A stretch of 64,000 nt of DNA from the human T2T-CHM13v2.0 reference genome, Homo sapiens, in the NCBI RefSeq assembly GCF_009914755.1, contig NC_060934.1; one strand, written 5' to 3'. Made by a program: the position numbers and the translations under genes. Below, one piece after another: positions 27,201 to 41,649 of the stretch. The notes under the pieces are model-generated. The model did not search any database. It was not told the DNA's origin and saw nothing but the letters and a program-made list of their open reading frames with translations. Position 1 is the stretch's first letter, and each line of letters starts with the position of its first letter.

Positions 27201-28869
27201 TTGAATTTTAGCACCCACTCTCCCTCTCTCTTTCATGCAGCACCTATGAGAGCTAATGACAGCTGAAGTTTCCTTTGGGAAATATCTGTAGCTATCTCAA
27301 AATTCTTTTTCTCTGCTGTAGATTTTAGTGCTCAATTCTCTATGAGAAAAAGCCCTAACAATGTTTGTGAACACAAAGTGAATACTGTATATACAGCTGT
27401 GAACATGCTTAGTTGAATCTCTGGATGGAATATTTTTATAGGGAACAAAAATTCGCCATAAGCTTACTACCTATTTTCATTTTTCTTCCCCATAATAAAA
27501 CAGTGGGAAGAAAGGAGATTATAAAACATTAATGGTCCTTTTTAAAAAGTTGAGTAAACAGCATCTGTAATTATTTTGCAGAGAAATGCTCCTAATTGAA
27601 AGAAAATCATTCTATTAGCACACATACCTGCGGCTGCACAAATGGTCTATTACTTGCTGAAGAATTTAATGCTGATACAAGGCTGAATCTCCAGTTTATC
27701 TCCTTAAAGAATGACCACTTGAAAATTCTGCCTTAGTTTTGCCTCTGTTGCTTACTGAGTTATCTCAGAGTGATCATGGCAGGGTACCAAAGGGGAAGTA
27801 TAGTTTTACTACAATATTTGTCTCTGCAGACTTTATAGTCCTGGGTTATTTTCTGGATCAAAGAGAAATAAAAATCACTCTCTTCTCAAAATAATCAGAA
27901 TCCAGTTACCCCAGTATCAGATCACAAAATTTTCTTTAAGATCTTAAAGCACAGCCATACTAGTCATCACAGGAGGAGAACAAGTGAAACACACCATTCC
28001 TTTTATTTGGAGAAATTGTCACTTGGGATTTTATTTAAAAATATTTTAAGGGCCACTTCCTTCTTGAAAGCTTTAACATGTGAAATGAGGTTATTTTCTC
28101 ATACTAGTCCAATATTGTGCCTACTTACCCGTATTCCAAAGGTTGATGTACATAATGGTTTACTATCAAAACAGCAATAAAACAATAGGAAATTAACAAG
28201 AGTCATGAGATGTACGTCATTGATTCTGTACCGAACACTTTGCAAAATATTTTGTTCTTTGTATGCATATGGATTTGCTTATTTGTTTCTTCTGGCAATA
28301 TAACCGTATTAATTTCCATTTATTTATGTAAAAGTCAAAAACTCACAAGCACATTGCTCAATTTATAGCCAATTCCTGGCATCAGGTTGTTAATAATGTA
28401 TTCACTTTCATAATATATAACTAAAACATACATTGGATTTTTCATTGCATAGTAAACTACAAATAAAATTAAAATTACTCATAATTTCACTGCCTTGTTT
28501 ACTTCAATAATAATACTAGATTATATAGTTTAAGCAGTATGAAAAAGTACAAGATGAAAAGTGAGAAACTTTCTTCCCTATTTCTTAATGTTAAGTAACC
28601 AAAGTATTGGTTATTCTTTCCAGATTAAAAATAGGTTACAAATATCTATCTACAAATACACATATTTTGTCATTATTTTAATCATATGTTTTTTCAAATC
28701 AGTAAATAAAAATCCATGTCACTATGTAATAACCACAAAGTATTCTATAGTTTTCATGGAGTATTATTTAGTTAAATAATTAATTGCTTATCAATAGTCA
28801 CTTTGTTTGCCTTCAGGTTTCATTATCACATAACTACGGAGATGGTCACATTGTGACTGACTGTGCAGG

Positions 28870-29018
28870 AGGTACCATTGTCATTTCTATTTAACAGAGG
28901 AGGAAAGGAAGTCACAGAGCATTCAAGCAGATTTCCTGGTATCCCTCACTTTCCTAGTGCAGTCAAAATATAAATAAAGGCAGTCTGACTTCAGATTCCA
29001 GGATCTTAAACACTACCA
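28870..29018 (-). mobile_element. MIR fragment
   Basis: TTTAACAGAGGAGGAAAGGAAGTCACAGAG...AGGCAGTCTGACTTCAGA...CTTAAACACTAC. Confidence 0.6.
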
Positions 29019-30138
29019 TATATATTTCTAGTAGACAAAAGTGGCTGTGCTGGTGCCTCCTATGTCTAGAATTTCAAGATGAGCCCTGAGTTGTTTCATG
29101 AGATTCAGAGCTTTTTCTGAATAAAATTATGTAGTTTGTTTATAACTCCAACAATGTCATGTACTCCTTACTTACTTAGAATAAAAACACATTCCTGTAA
29201 TTTTGTGCTGAAGGATGAGACTCCAGAATCAAGATGCCTTTTTTTTTAGCAGAGACATTAATGAGTTTATGCAAATCTAAATGGGGGCCTAGAGCTGGGA
29301 GTACAGAGTTTAGTGACTCTTTAAAATAAGATAGGAGAAATTGAATTTGAGGGAGGAAAATCCAAGAGAAGAGGCCATGCAATATGGCAAGGATCTGGAG
29401 CCTATGGAGAAATGTAAGTGTTGAGATGTTCCTAATAGTGCATAGTGAAATAGCAGGAACACTTTGTAGGTAAAGAAAGTCTAATATTCAATTTACATTT
29501 TTTTCATTTAATATACATATATATGAAGTTTTATTGTCAGAATATCCAGGAAAGGAGGCAAAATTCCATGTATGGGTTGATAAAGAATAGAGGAACAAAG
29601 AAAATATAGTAAAAGCAGTATAAGTGAAATGAAATTTCAGCAACACTGGAAACTTAGTGGTATATGATATAGGAGATTACAAAAGCAGCCAACTCCCTTC
29701 CCTGCAACTCCCACAAACCTCCTAGAACTTGAAGAAGTCTTATAAACATCAGATTTCCTATAGAATCTGCGAAATCTTGAAAATGTATTTGATTACCTAG
29801 AAATAAGTTGGTCTTTGCTGACATCTAATTACAATAAGATTTAAGAAGAAGTCAAAGGAAAAGAGATCTACAAGAGACTGAAAAGTATTGCCAAGGAAAT
29901 ACAGCCAAGGAGGAGTATTTGGCAGAAACACAGAACAGAGGAAATGGTCAGTTAAGTACTTCACACTTCACTTTCCTTTATTAATATATTTGACAGTTTC
30001 AGAAAAATGAAACTACGAAAAATATGACAAAATATTGCAAAGAATTCTCAGACACCCTAGTTCCAGATTTATCAAATATCAACATTTAAGTACAACTTTT
30101 AATAAAGATATTTATTCATTCTTCTTTCTCATGGTTGG

Positions 30139-30139
<1 letters not shown>

Positions 30140-30180
<41 letters not shown>

Positions 30181-30375
30181 CTATCTATCATCTATCTATA
30201 TCTATCTATCATCTATCTGTAGATCTATCTATATTATGTATCTACGTATCTATCATCTATCATCATCTATCATCTATATCTATCATCTATCATCTATCTA
30301 TATCTATCATCTATCTATCTATCTAATCTATCTATGTATTCTGTCTTTCTATCTACCTACCTATCTTACTATCTT
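30140..30375. repeat. Compound (TATC)n/GATA tetranucleotide STR
   Basis: About 10 perfect TATC units, then degenerate TATC/ATC units. Confidence 0.95.
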
Positions 30376-30586
30376 TCTTGTAATCTAAGATAAATACATA
30401 TATAAAAATAGGTTATATGTGTATGTGTTTTCCCCCTGAACTACTGAGGAATAATTTGCAGACAGGATATTCCTTTACTTTTCCCCACAAAGTACTTATG
30501 TATATTTCCTATAAAGACGGATTTATTTTACACAATGTTTACAATGGCTAAATAAACAACATTGATTAAATATCAACATTTATTTC

Positions 30587-30803
30587 TAGGAGTAGTAAAT
30601 TATTCTGTTAAGGGCCAGAAGCTAATTATTTTAGTTTTTGCAAACCATATGGTTTTGGTTGCAACTACTCAATTCTGCTGTTGCAGTGCAAAGGCAGCCA
30701 GAGTAAATATATAAATGAAAGGCATGGCTGTGCTCAATATAAATTTATTTTCAAAAACAAGTAGTAGGATTGCTTGGCTCATGAGTCATATTTGCTGACC
30801 CCG
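30587..30803 (-). mobile_element. MER58A (hAT-Charlie MITE)
   Basis: AAGGGCCAGA...GCAACTACTCAATTCTGCTGTTGCAGTGCAAAGGCAGCCA...TTTGCTGACCCC. Confidence 0.85.
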
Positions 30804-32566
30804 ATCTAATATATAACCCTTCTTCAGAAGTTCCTAGATAATGTCATTTATAGCAAAAGAAAATCTAAGGTCATGTGTTGCATTCAGTTGTCATGTAGTC
30901 TTATTTAATCTTGAACTGTTTATTTTTTAATACTTTTGAAGACAACTGAGCAATTATTTTGTAGAATGTTCCTCTAATTGGATTTATCTGATTCTTATTT
31001 TTGGTTAAATTCAAGGTAATCACTTTTGTTCTGAATGTTATGGAGGTGACGATGGACATTCTCAATGCATCATGTCAGGGGCACATGTCGTTGATTGTAA
31101 CACCATTACTTGTATTAATAACTTTTGTAATTAGGCTAGAAGGCTGCCAGCCAGATTTCTCCAATAGAAAGTTACAACTTTATACCTCATAATTAGTAAA
31201 TGTTTTATTGGGAGCTGCTTTGAGACTACATAAATATTATGTATTCCTCAAACTTTCACTCTCTAGTTTCAGAATTTATTGACTATTTTTACCTGAATCA
31301 GTTATTACAGTGGTTGCCAAATGGTGATTTTCTAATTGCATCATACCTTCCACATCTAGTGGTTGGTTTTCTAGTGCAATGAAGACCATCTCTATATGTT
31401 TGTTATGGAGACTTACTTTATTCAATAGAGTAAAAAAAAAATACCGTTATTTATTTCAATTGTCAAAATATCCAAGATTTGACTTTTTAGAGTCTCTTCA
31501 AACTGACTTCTAAGTCTTTTTATGTCTCCATCATTCGTTGAGCGCATCTATGCTTTTTTGGCATATAAAGGTATTCCAGCTTCAATTTATCCTTACCAGA
31601 TCCTGACATGAAATCAGTAATTTCTCTAAGGAGCCTTGATTCTATTTTAGGGGAGAATGGTATTTAGAAAACAAGATATACAAACAAGTATTGCCATTGC
31701 TACCTGGGAAATATAACATGCATACATACACACACACATACAGATATACCCACACACATCTATTATCTATTTCTATGTCTATCTACACGCTTAATATATT
31801 AAACCCAAGGAGTTAGCACTGACATCTTCAAGTCCAATTCAACATGATAGGATTTATTTATCGTTTTCCCTTCCATGTTTGTAAGTCTCTAATAGGAAAA
31901 AGCTGGCTGTCATTATCCATAATATATTTATGTATTTGATCAATTCTGGAATATGTAAAAGTTTTAGAATTACTAATATATACCTCTGAGAACAAAAAAA
32001 GAACTATACATTAAAGTTTAATATTGGAACTTTTTTTTCCTGTAACCTAAGGATATGTAGTCCCCAAACTACTTCAAAGTTACCTGGGGTAGTTCTTCCC
32101 TCACACTACCATTTCCATATGTTTCTATTAATTTGTTTCCATTTGTATTTAATTTTGACTCACTTCTCTCTCTTTGTTGATTTTGTTTATTTATTCTCAT
32201 TTAGAATATGTAAAACATTGATTCCAAAAATCAGTACTATGCCGGAAAGTATATTCAGAGAGTACTCAACTCCTCCCTTCACTCCCTGCCCTTTCCACTG
32301 CTTCTCACTCATGCCCTGTATGCCCTGTAGGTGACAAGTTCTTATTGTTCATCAGTTTAACCCTCCAGCATTTGTTTTTGCTCAAATGAACAGACACTTC
32401 TGTGTTTATTTTCATTTTTTATTTCTCCTCCTTTTATTTCTCCTCCATTAAAGTAGAACAGTTTGAAATATGAATAATTTATCATACTTTGCTTTCTTCA
32501 TTTAATAATATAACATGAAAATCATTCCACACCTCCAGACCAGTTTATGAAGATCTACTTCATACT

Positions 32567-32871
32567 TTATTTATTATTTTTTTTTTTTAGAGACAAGATC
32601 TCACTCTGTCACCCAGGCCGGAGTGCAGTGGCACAATTATAGCTCACTACAGCCTCAAATTCCTGAGCTCAAGTGATCCTACCACCTCAGCCTCCCAAGT
32701 AGCTGGAACTGCATCCACACACCAAGTCACCTGGCTAACTTAAAAAAAAAATTGTAGAGATGGGGCCTCATCATGTTACCCAGCCTGATCTCAAACTCAT
32801 AGGTTCAAGTGATCCTCCTTTTATGGCCTCCCAAAGTGCTGGGATTATAGGTATGAACCACCACGTTCACC
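32567..32871 (-). mobile_element. AluJ SINE
   Basis: ATAGCTCACTACAGCCTCAAATTCCTGAGCTCAAGTGATCC; T-rich tail. Confidence 0.92.
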
Positions 32872-34415
32872 CTCATTTTTTTTGTTTTTTACAACTACTT
32901 GGTACTCTATTTTTGCATTTATCAGAATTTAATTCCTAGGTATAGGCACATAAGTTGTTTCCAGTATTCTGCAGTTCTGCCTATACATTTTCACAGTGTC
33001 AAAAGTGTAGCTTTAAAGTAAATTCTTAGAAGTTGCAAACATGTATTGTACTTTCTCTTCTTTTTAGACAGAGGTCTTGCTTTTACTTTGAGCAGAAGTG
33101 GTGTCAACTTTTCTTTTACTTAATCAGTGCAGTATTGAGCATGTAATAAGAGTACAGTGTATATTTGCTGAATGAATAAAATTGTCCCAGGTATAGAAAA
33201 TTTGATGAGAAATAAATCTACCTAGACACACAATCTTGGAAAGGAGAACTGCTTTGTGAGAAAAGCTCCTGAAAGAGAAATATGACACAAGCATCACAGA
33301 CAAAGACCAAAGGAAGCAAAGCTCTTGAGGCAACTAAGCTCAACTACCAATAGCAAGAGAGCCTGTAAACAACATCTGAGCAGAATTAGGAAACAAGGGA
33401 CGGAGAATTCACCATTTTCAGTTCTGTTGGAGCCCGTGTGAGTAACATCTGCAACAAAGATCTTCGGATAGAAAATTCCACACCCAAAAGCGGCGGAACG
33501 AAAATGCGTTGTAGAAACTGAACCCAGACTTCAGAGAACAAAATAGCTTATGTAAATTTCTGACAATTAAGTTGGCCCCCAAAAAGGGAAATTTTTGAGT
33601 GCATTTGAATGGATTTTGGCCTTTTTTTCCAAAGGGAAGTAATTAAAGAAATATGAAAAGCAGTCTCAAAAGTAGGAAAGTCTGTTATCTCCTCACCAAG
33701 AGAAATCGACAGAATTGTAATGCTTCCATGAACTCGCATGACAGCAGAGTGTAAACTCAACACAAGCCTGTATTTGGCTCTAAAAAAAAATCTATTACAA
33801 GCTTCTCCCTTTCATCCCTTTTCATGTTTAGTTCAGATTCAGAAAAATGTGAATAATTCATAAGTTCAAATGTTCTCCCCATTATGGTGAATAGCATCAC
33901 ACTGAAGCTGCTGCTTATTTTGCTAACTACATATTGCTAAGAAGATTCTCTCTGACTCTCTACTGTTTCTTTTTACTAAGATGTCTGTCCCTTTTTTTAA
34001 AGGTATTTTACCATTTTTTTTGAATTAACATTTAAGTCTATTATGTAATCGTACATCAATTTGATTAAATCAATTTTTAGGTTAATTCAAAGAACTGAAA
34101 ATCAAATCAGATATTATTAATCTAAAAAACAAAAATTGCCACATCATAACCTGGCTAAAGGATACAGCTGAGCATGCCCCAGATTTTCATAGTAATAAAA
34201 AACTTGAGGTTTGGCAGTTTATTTTTAACAGATGTTTTTAAGATATTCATATACAAAGAACTGCATATATTGAATGCGTATACTTTGTTGAGTTTGCACA
34301 TATGCAAACACCGATGATACCATCACCACAGTCAAGGTAATAGACACACTCAACACCGGCCAAAGGTTTTGTGTACCTTTGTTTTTTGTTTTTGTTTATG
34401 TTTTTGTGGTAAGAA

Positions 34416-34510
34416 TTTTTTTTTATTTTAGTTGACAAATAATTAGACATATTCATGGGGTACATAGTGATGTTTCAATACATATGTACAGTAATCAGAT
34501 AAGGGTAATG
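34416..34510 (-). mobile_element. Short L1MA/L1PB-type 3' tail nested in L1MB
   Basis: T tail, then CATATTCATGGGGTACATAGTGATGTTTCAATACAT...AATCAGATAAGGGTAAT. Confidence 0.7.
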
Positions 34511-34740
34511 AGCTCTCAACATGAGATTTATCCTCAAATTTTGAAGCGCATAATATCATGTGATTATCTTCAGGTACTACGATGTACAGCACCTCTCTAT
34601 AACTTTTCTTCTAGCATAGCTAAAACTTTTTACCCACTGAGCAACCAACTGCCTTTTCCCCAACCTCCCCTTTAACCTGTTGTATTATGTGTTTCTATGA
34701 GTTTGACCATTATAGATAACTCATATAAGTGAAATCATGT

Positions 34741-35055
34741 GGCCGGGGGCTCTGGCTCATGCCCGTAAACCCACCACTTCGGGAGGCCGAGGGGGTGGAT
34801 TACTTGAGGTCAGGAGTTTAAGACCAGCCTGGCCAACATGGCGAAATCCCATCTCTACTAAAATACAAAAATTAGCTGGGCGTGTTGGTGGGCACTTTTA
34901 ATTCCAGCTACTTGGGAAGCCAAGGCAGGAAAATCAGTTGAACCTAGGAGGTGGAGGTTGCAGTGAGCTGAGATCGTTCGCCATTATACTCCAGCCTGGG
35001 CAACAGAAAGAGACCCTGTCTCAAAAAAAAAAAAAAAAAGAAAAAAGAAAAAGAA
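34741..35055 (+). mobile_element. AluSx/Sz-like SINE
   Basis: Full dimer; TSD AAGTGAAATCATG at 34727-34739 and 35056-35068. Confidence 0.95.
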
Positions 35056-35512
35056 AAGTGAAATCATGCAGCATTTGTTCCTCCATGATTGGCTTACTTC
35101 ATTTAGCATAATATACTCAAGGTTCATTTATGTTGTCACAAATTATAGGGTTACATTTTTGTAAAGATTATAATATCCATTGTATGTGAATACCATATTT
35201 TCTTTATAAGTCAATTGACATTTGGATTTTTTCCATATCTGGGCTATTGTGAATAATGTGGCAATGGATGTGGGAGTGAAGATATTTCTTTGAGATCTTG
35301 ATATCAGTTCTTTTACATTTATAGCCAGAAGTGAGATTGCTGGATAATATGGCAGTTCTAGTTATATTTTTTGAGAAATTTCGACACTGTTTTCCATAGC
35401 TACTGTGCCATTTTATACTTCCAGCATCAGTGTACAAGGGTTCCAATTTTTCCACATCATTGTCAACACTTATTATCTTTCAGTTTGTTAATAATAATCA
35501 TTCTAATATGTG

Positions 35513-35571
35513 TGTATTAGTCAGGATTCTCCAGAAAGATGGAAGAAACAGAAAAAACATATATGTAATAT
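35513..35571 (-). mobile_element. MLT2 (ERVL) LTR terminal stub
   Basis: TGTATTAGTCAGGATTCTCCAGA...AAACAGAA...ATATATG. Confidence 0.55.
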
Positions 35572-35897
35572 AGTCTCAGTCCACTCAGGTTGCTGTAACA
35601 AAATACTTTAGACTGGGTAATTTGTAAACAACAGAAATTTATTGATCATAGTTGTAGGAGCTGGGAAGTTCAAGATGAAGGCATCCAATTTAATACCTGG
35701 TGAAGGCTTTTCTTTGTTTCAAACATGAAACTTTTTGTTGTGCCTTCACATGGCAGAAGGACAAAGCAGCTCCCTCAAGCTTCTTTTGTAAGAACATTAA
35801 TACCATTGTGAGGGCAGATCCCTCGTGATCTAATCATCTTCTAAAGGCCCCACTTCTTAACACCATCACATTGGGGATTAAATTTCAGCAAATGAAT
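35572..35897 (-). mobile_element. MLT1A0-like MaLR LTR, truncated
   Basis: GCTGTAACAAAATACTTTAGACTGGGTAATTTGTAAACAACAGAAATTTATTG...AAAGGCCCCACTTCTTAACACCATCACATTGGGG. Confidence 0.85.
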
Positions 35898-36343
35898 CAA
35901 CTGAAAAGAATTAAAGACTTCAACATAAAACCCAAAACTGTAATACTGCTAGAAGAAAACATCGGAGGAAGGGGCTTGATATTGGTCTTTGCAGTGATTT
36001 CTTGGATATGACACCTAAAGCAAAAGCAACAAAAAAGCAAAATTAAATAAATGAGGCTGCATCAAACTAAAGGACTTCCGCACAGCAAAGGAAATAATCA
36101 AGAGAATGAAAAGACAGTCAATGGAAAGGAAGAAAATATTTGCAAACCATCTATCTTATAAAAAGTAAATTCCCCAAATATGTAAGGAAATACAACTGAA
36201 TAGCAAACAACCTAATTAAAAAATGAGCAAAGAACTTGAACAGATGTTTCTCCAAAGAATATGTTCAGATAGGCAACCAACAAGTATATGAAAAGATGCT
36301 CAACATCCTTAATTATTAGTAAATTTGCAAATCAAAACTATAA
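35898..36343 (+). mobile_element. L1M ORF2 fragment, inverted relative to the adjacent L1MB
   Basis: CTAGAAGAAAACA...TTCTTGGATATGACACC...CATCAAACTAAA...AAAAGATGCTCAACATC...TGCAAATCAAAAC in sense. Confidence 0.8.
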
Positions 36344-36589
36344 TATTTGTTCCTTTTTAAGGTCCCAGTATGTGTTGTGAAGGCATAAGAGCTTTGTTTT
36401 CAAACCTTGATTTTAATAATAATTTTTATAAATTTATAATAATTTAATAAATAATAAAATTTATAATAATACATTTTATAAATTTTACAATTTAATTAAA
36501 ATATTCTTCTATAGTTTTAGAATTTTTCTTGACAGTCTTTGTCATACTAACATATCACAAATACTATTCCTTACCTCATCCCTTTGCAT

Positions 36590-36800
36590 TTATAAATGTT
36601 TCTTAGGTACTCATCATGTGATACCTATTTTAATTGCCTTATTTATTTAATCATCATAAAACTCCAGACATAGTTGCTATCATTATTTGCATTTTCAGGT
36701 GTCGAAATTGAGGCTCAGAGTGTTTTACTAGCTACCTCATGATGACAAAGCTAAAAAGTGGCAAAATTGGAATTTTATTTTGACACTAGGGCCCAAGCAG
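36590..36800 (-). mobile_element. MIR
   Basis: CATTTTCAGGTGTCGAAATTGAGGCTCAGAG...CAAAGCTAAAAAGTGGCA. Confidence 0.7.
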
Positions 36801-37109
36801 TCGCCATATCTTGACCTTTGATAATGATGTTGAATTTACAAAGTTGTTGTTGTTGTTCTTTTACTAAGCCTAACTATGACAAGACAATATAATTGGGTTA
36901 GAACAACTTAAAATTCACTTTCCCAATTTATCTTAGAGAAATTAAATAACAGTTGCATTTAAGAGGTAGAAGTGGCATTCTCTGCCAAAAGGCCAAATTT
37001 TAAAAGGATTCCCCAGTATAAAGTTTTCTGTGTATCCTACTGTTAAAACATTTCACATTTTGTGAGTTTACATTTACTGAGTTCATGAAGCACTCAGCTA
37101 TGCATTATG

Positions 37110-38375
<1,266 letters not shown>

Positions 38376-38379
38376 CTCA

Positions 38380-38545
38380 CAACTACTCTATAAGACATTC
38401 CTTTTGTAACTTCATTTTGGGGTCTAAGAAAATCAAGGCTGAGAACATTACAGACAATTTCTGAGGATCATAAATCTAGTGAATAGAAGCCTTGTGATCC
38501 AGGCACAAATCTGGCTGACTCAAGAGTTCAATCTCTAATCATTTT
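38380..38545 (-). mobile_element. MIR fragment
   Basis: CATTTT...AAGAAAATCAAGGCTGAGA...GGCTGACTCAAGAGTTCAATCTCTAATCA. Confidence 0.55.
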
Positions 38546-39642
38546 AATCATGTATTCTGCTTAAATTTATTCTCTTTCTAAATAAAGAACATTCAGCTGG
38601 TATTTTTTTAGAAACTCTTAAGCTGTTCTTACACTTGACCTGTAAATCAGTTTGTGAGGTAAGGACATTATGCCAACATGGCTGAATAAGCCCTTGGGAT
38701 CCAAGCCTGTTACTTTGAGCATCAACTAGAGTCTATAGTGAGCCTGTGATGTCACCACCTCTTTTACAGCTGAGTAGGGAGTTCTGGAATGGCCAATTTA
38801 TTTCGCAGGTCATTAGTAATCTGGGCAGCTTGGGCCTGCAGGTAGCACTGATAGATCTACTTGTCACAATAATAAGTCACTTTCTTAGAGTTGCACAGAT
38901 TGGGGGAAAGTGTTTTTCCACTAAATCTTTAGGGAAACAGTTGTTTAGAGGATACACAATATATCATTTCAGGTTATAATGAATCTTTTAACATCACAAA
39001 ATACCGTAGTATTTGGCTAGATATGGAATTATATTTCTCCCTACTTTTACCAGAGATAGAATAATTTGTCAACAAGAACTCCATATAGAAGTTCTATCAA
39101 AATGACTTAAATTCCAGAATTATCAGGCTATTTTTAAAACATTCGTAGGAAATAGTTATTCTTTATCGCAAGCTATCCATTTGATTGATTTTTCTCTTAT
39201 TTAATTAAAGATATTTATTAGGTAGGTAGTTTTTAATGTTAAATGTTATACACACACATACATATGAAAAAAGTGAGACATAAGTAAAAGTAATCTTTCA
39301 TTTTTCAACTTCCACTTCAACTTTTAGTAATTCAAAAAGGTGAACTACTTCATAGAGGCAGCTCAGCAGTCCTGGAATCATTTTCTATTCTGTTGTCATG
39401 TAGTTTCTGATCTTGGGCAAGCAATAACTGACATAGGAATCAAATATCTAAGTTATAAAACGGGTAGATAAGAACACGATTTTCTTTTAAGTCAATATGT
39501 ATTTTCTATTCTTTTCCCAGTTATAGTAGTGACTTCTCTTGAATTGTAAGTTTCGTGACTGCTATGACTCCTTTGTGTATATACTGTACTTAAACTTATA
39601 AAGTAAAACATGCTACACTGGATTGTAATTTCCTATTGTCAT

Positions 39643-39913
39643 TCCTGAGGATATCAGCAGATGCTCAAATTCCTTGTATAATACAGCTATTATTTGCATA
39701 TAACCTACTCATATTTTCTCATATACTTTACATCATTTTCAGATTACTTATAATATCTAATACAATGTAAATTCTATATAAATAGTTATGCTGTATTTTT
39801 TGTACAATTTTAAATTGTTATAATTGTTATATTTATTGTTTTCTTTCTCTGGTTATTTTTGATCCATGGTTGATTGAATGTGCAGATTCTTGTGGAAAGG
39901 GAGGGTCTAACTG
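39643..39913. mobile_element. MER2 (TcMar-Tigger MITE), one end eroded
   Basis: GATGCTCAA...ATTTGCATATAACCTAC...AGATTACTTATAATATCTAATACAATGTAAAT...GAGGGTCTAACTG followed by TA. Confidence 0.85.
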
Positions 39914-40434
39914 TATTTCTTTTTATCAGTGTTACCCACTAGAAGGCAGGGATATATCTTTGAGATTGTTTGATTCAATTGGCTTCACCTTTAATATCTG
40001 GCACCAGTTCTGCAATCATTTGTTGATGAATGAACACTTTCTCATCTCTTCCAATTCTGATAAATATACATTTGGAAAAAAGTCAGCAAATATTAATGGA
40101 TTCAGGTCTTAAGTAACAAAGTGAAAGGGGTTGTTGTTTAAAATTAACTGGGCAGACATGATGTCACTGGCACTGAGTCTAAACACAGGGATCATTTTAC
40201 CAGATACGCTAGCTGCAGGCTCATGACTGCCTACTATTGCCTGCCCTCAGAACAGTAAGAACAGCTTTGCAGCCTGCATCTGCTAAAGACTGAATGTGTA
40301 CCAGAGAGAGCCAATAAGGCAAACAGATTGAGGTTTCAAGATATAGGCATAATACCACTTTATCCAATAAAGGAAGGTCTCAGATCAAGTTGAATCGGCA
40401 CGGTATTTTCTCACCGTTAAAACTAGCACTCTCT

Positions 40435-40790
<356 letters not shown>

Positions 40791-41649
40791 TCATCCAGGT
40801 TTAGGAAAATGTAATATCAAAATAATGACAGTGTTTGTCTTCTTAAAGCCTATTTCCTCAAAACTGAAATCTAGAAGATATTCTGAATGAAAGCGAGTAT
40901 TAAACAAAAATGATATCCTTTCCTTTTCCCATGGAGCTGATTTATAAGAAACTAAAAGGAAAATTTTATAACTTAAATGTATTTTATCACATCTACAGCA
41001 GAATCTCTTCTGTCTTTAAGAAATAAAAGTCACAACATTGAAATTACTAAATTACTCACTGGCAAACAGGCACTGGCAAATTCTCATTTCCTTTTACACA
41101 TCTAAGAAAGAAAATAGCAAAATATGCATGGAAAAGTATTGAAATGTATCACATTTATTTAAAAAAGGATATGTTTTTGAGATGTCATTGTAAAAGGATG
41201 ATGTTAAAACTTGATGTGTTTTATTATCAGGAAAATAGAAATTAAGCCATAATGGTGCATTTGACAAGAAAGTATGTGTAATTGAAAAACATGAGTAATC
41301 GGGGCTCATCCCTGAGCTCAGATTATTCATGAGTTTCCTCAAGCATGTAGAAGCATCTGACATTTGGGAGACAGGGGGACAGATGTATGTGTGAAGTGCC
41401 TCCCTCCCTGGCCTGCATGTCATCGCTGAAGGTAGCACTTGCACGTAATGTAGATAGTAAACAGACTGGCATTCTGCCTGCTGCTGACCTGACAGGAAGC
41501 ATCTGGCAGAAAGTCAGAAGGGCATCTGCATTACCTGTTATCTAGCTCCTTATCCAACAGTCAAGCAATATGACTGAATTTTGTTTAATATGCCGTGATT
41601 CTCTTCTTGGTCTTCTTGGTTAAGATTATATGTATATTAACTCATAATA

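Larger units (their letters stand above)
29980..32560 (-). mobile_element. L1MC4/5-like ancient LINE 3' region, interrupted by an STR and MER58A
   Basis: Antisense blocks such as GTGTTGCATTCAGTTGTCATG, ATTTTGTAGAATGTTCC, TGGTTGCCAAATGGTGATTTTCTAATT, TTTCTCTAAGGAGCC...GGAGAATGGTATTTAGAAA; boundaries approximate. Confidence 0.7.
34220..35512 (-). mobile_element. L1MB-like LINE 3' portion, interrupted by a short L1MA tail and an Alu
   Basis: Antisense L1MB 3'UTR (TTTCTATGAGTTTGAC, GGCTTACTTCATTTAGCATAAT) running into the ORF2 end (degenerate ORF 35204-35455). Confidence 0.8.

Noticed and set aside
30035-30388. 117-aa ORF rich in YLSI repeats
   Set aside because: It is a translation of the (TATC)n STR.
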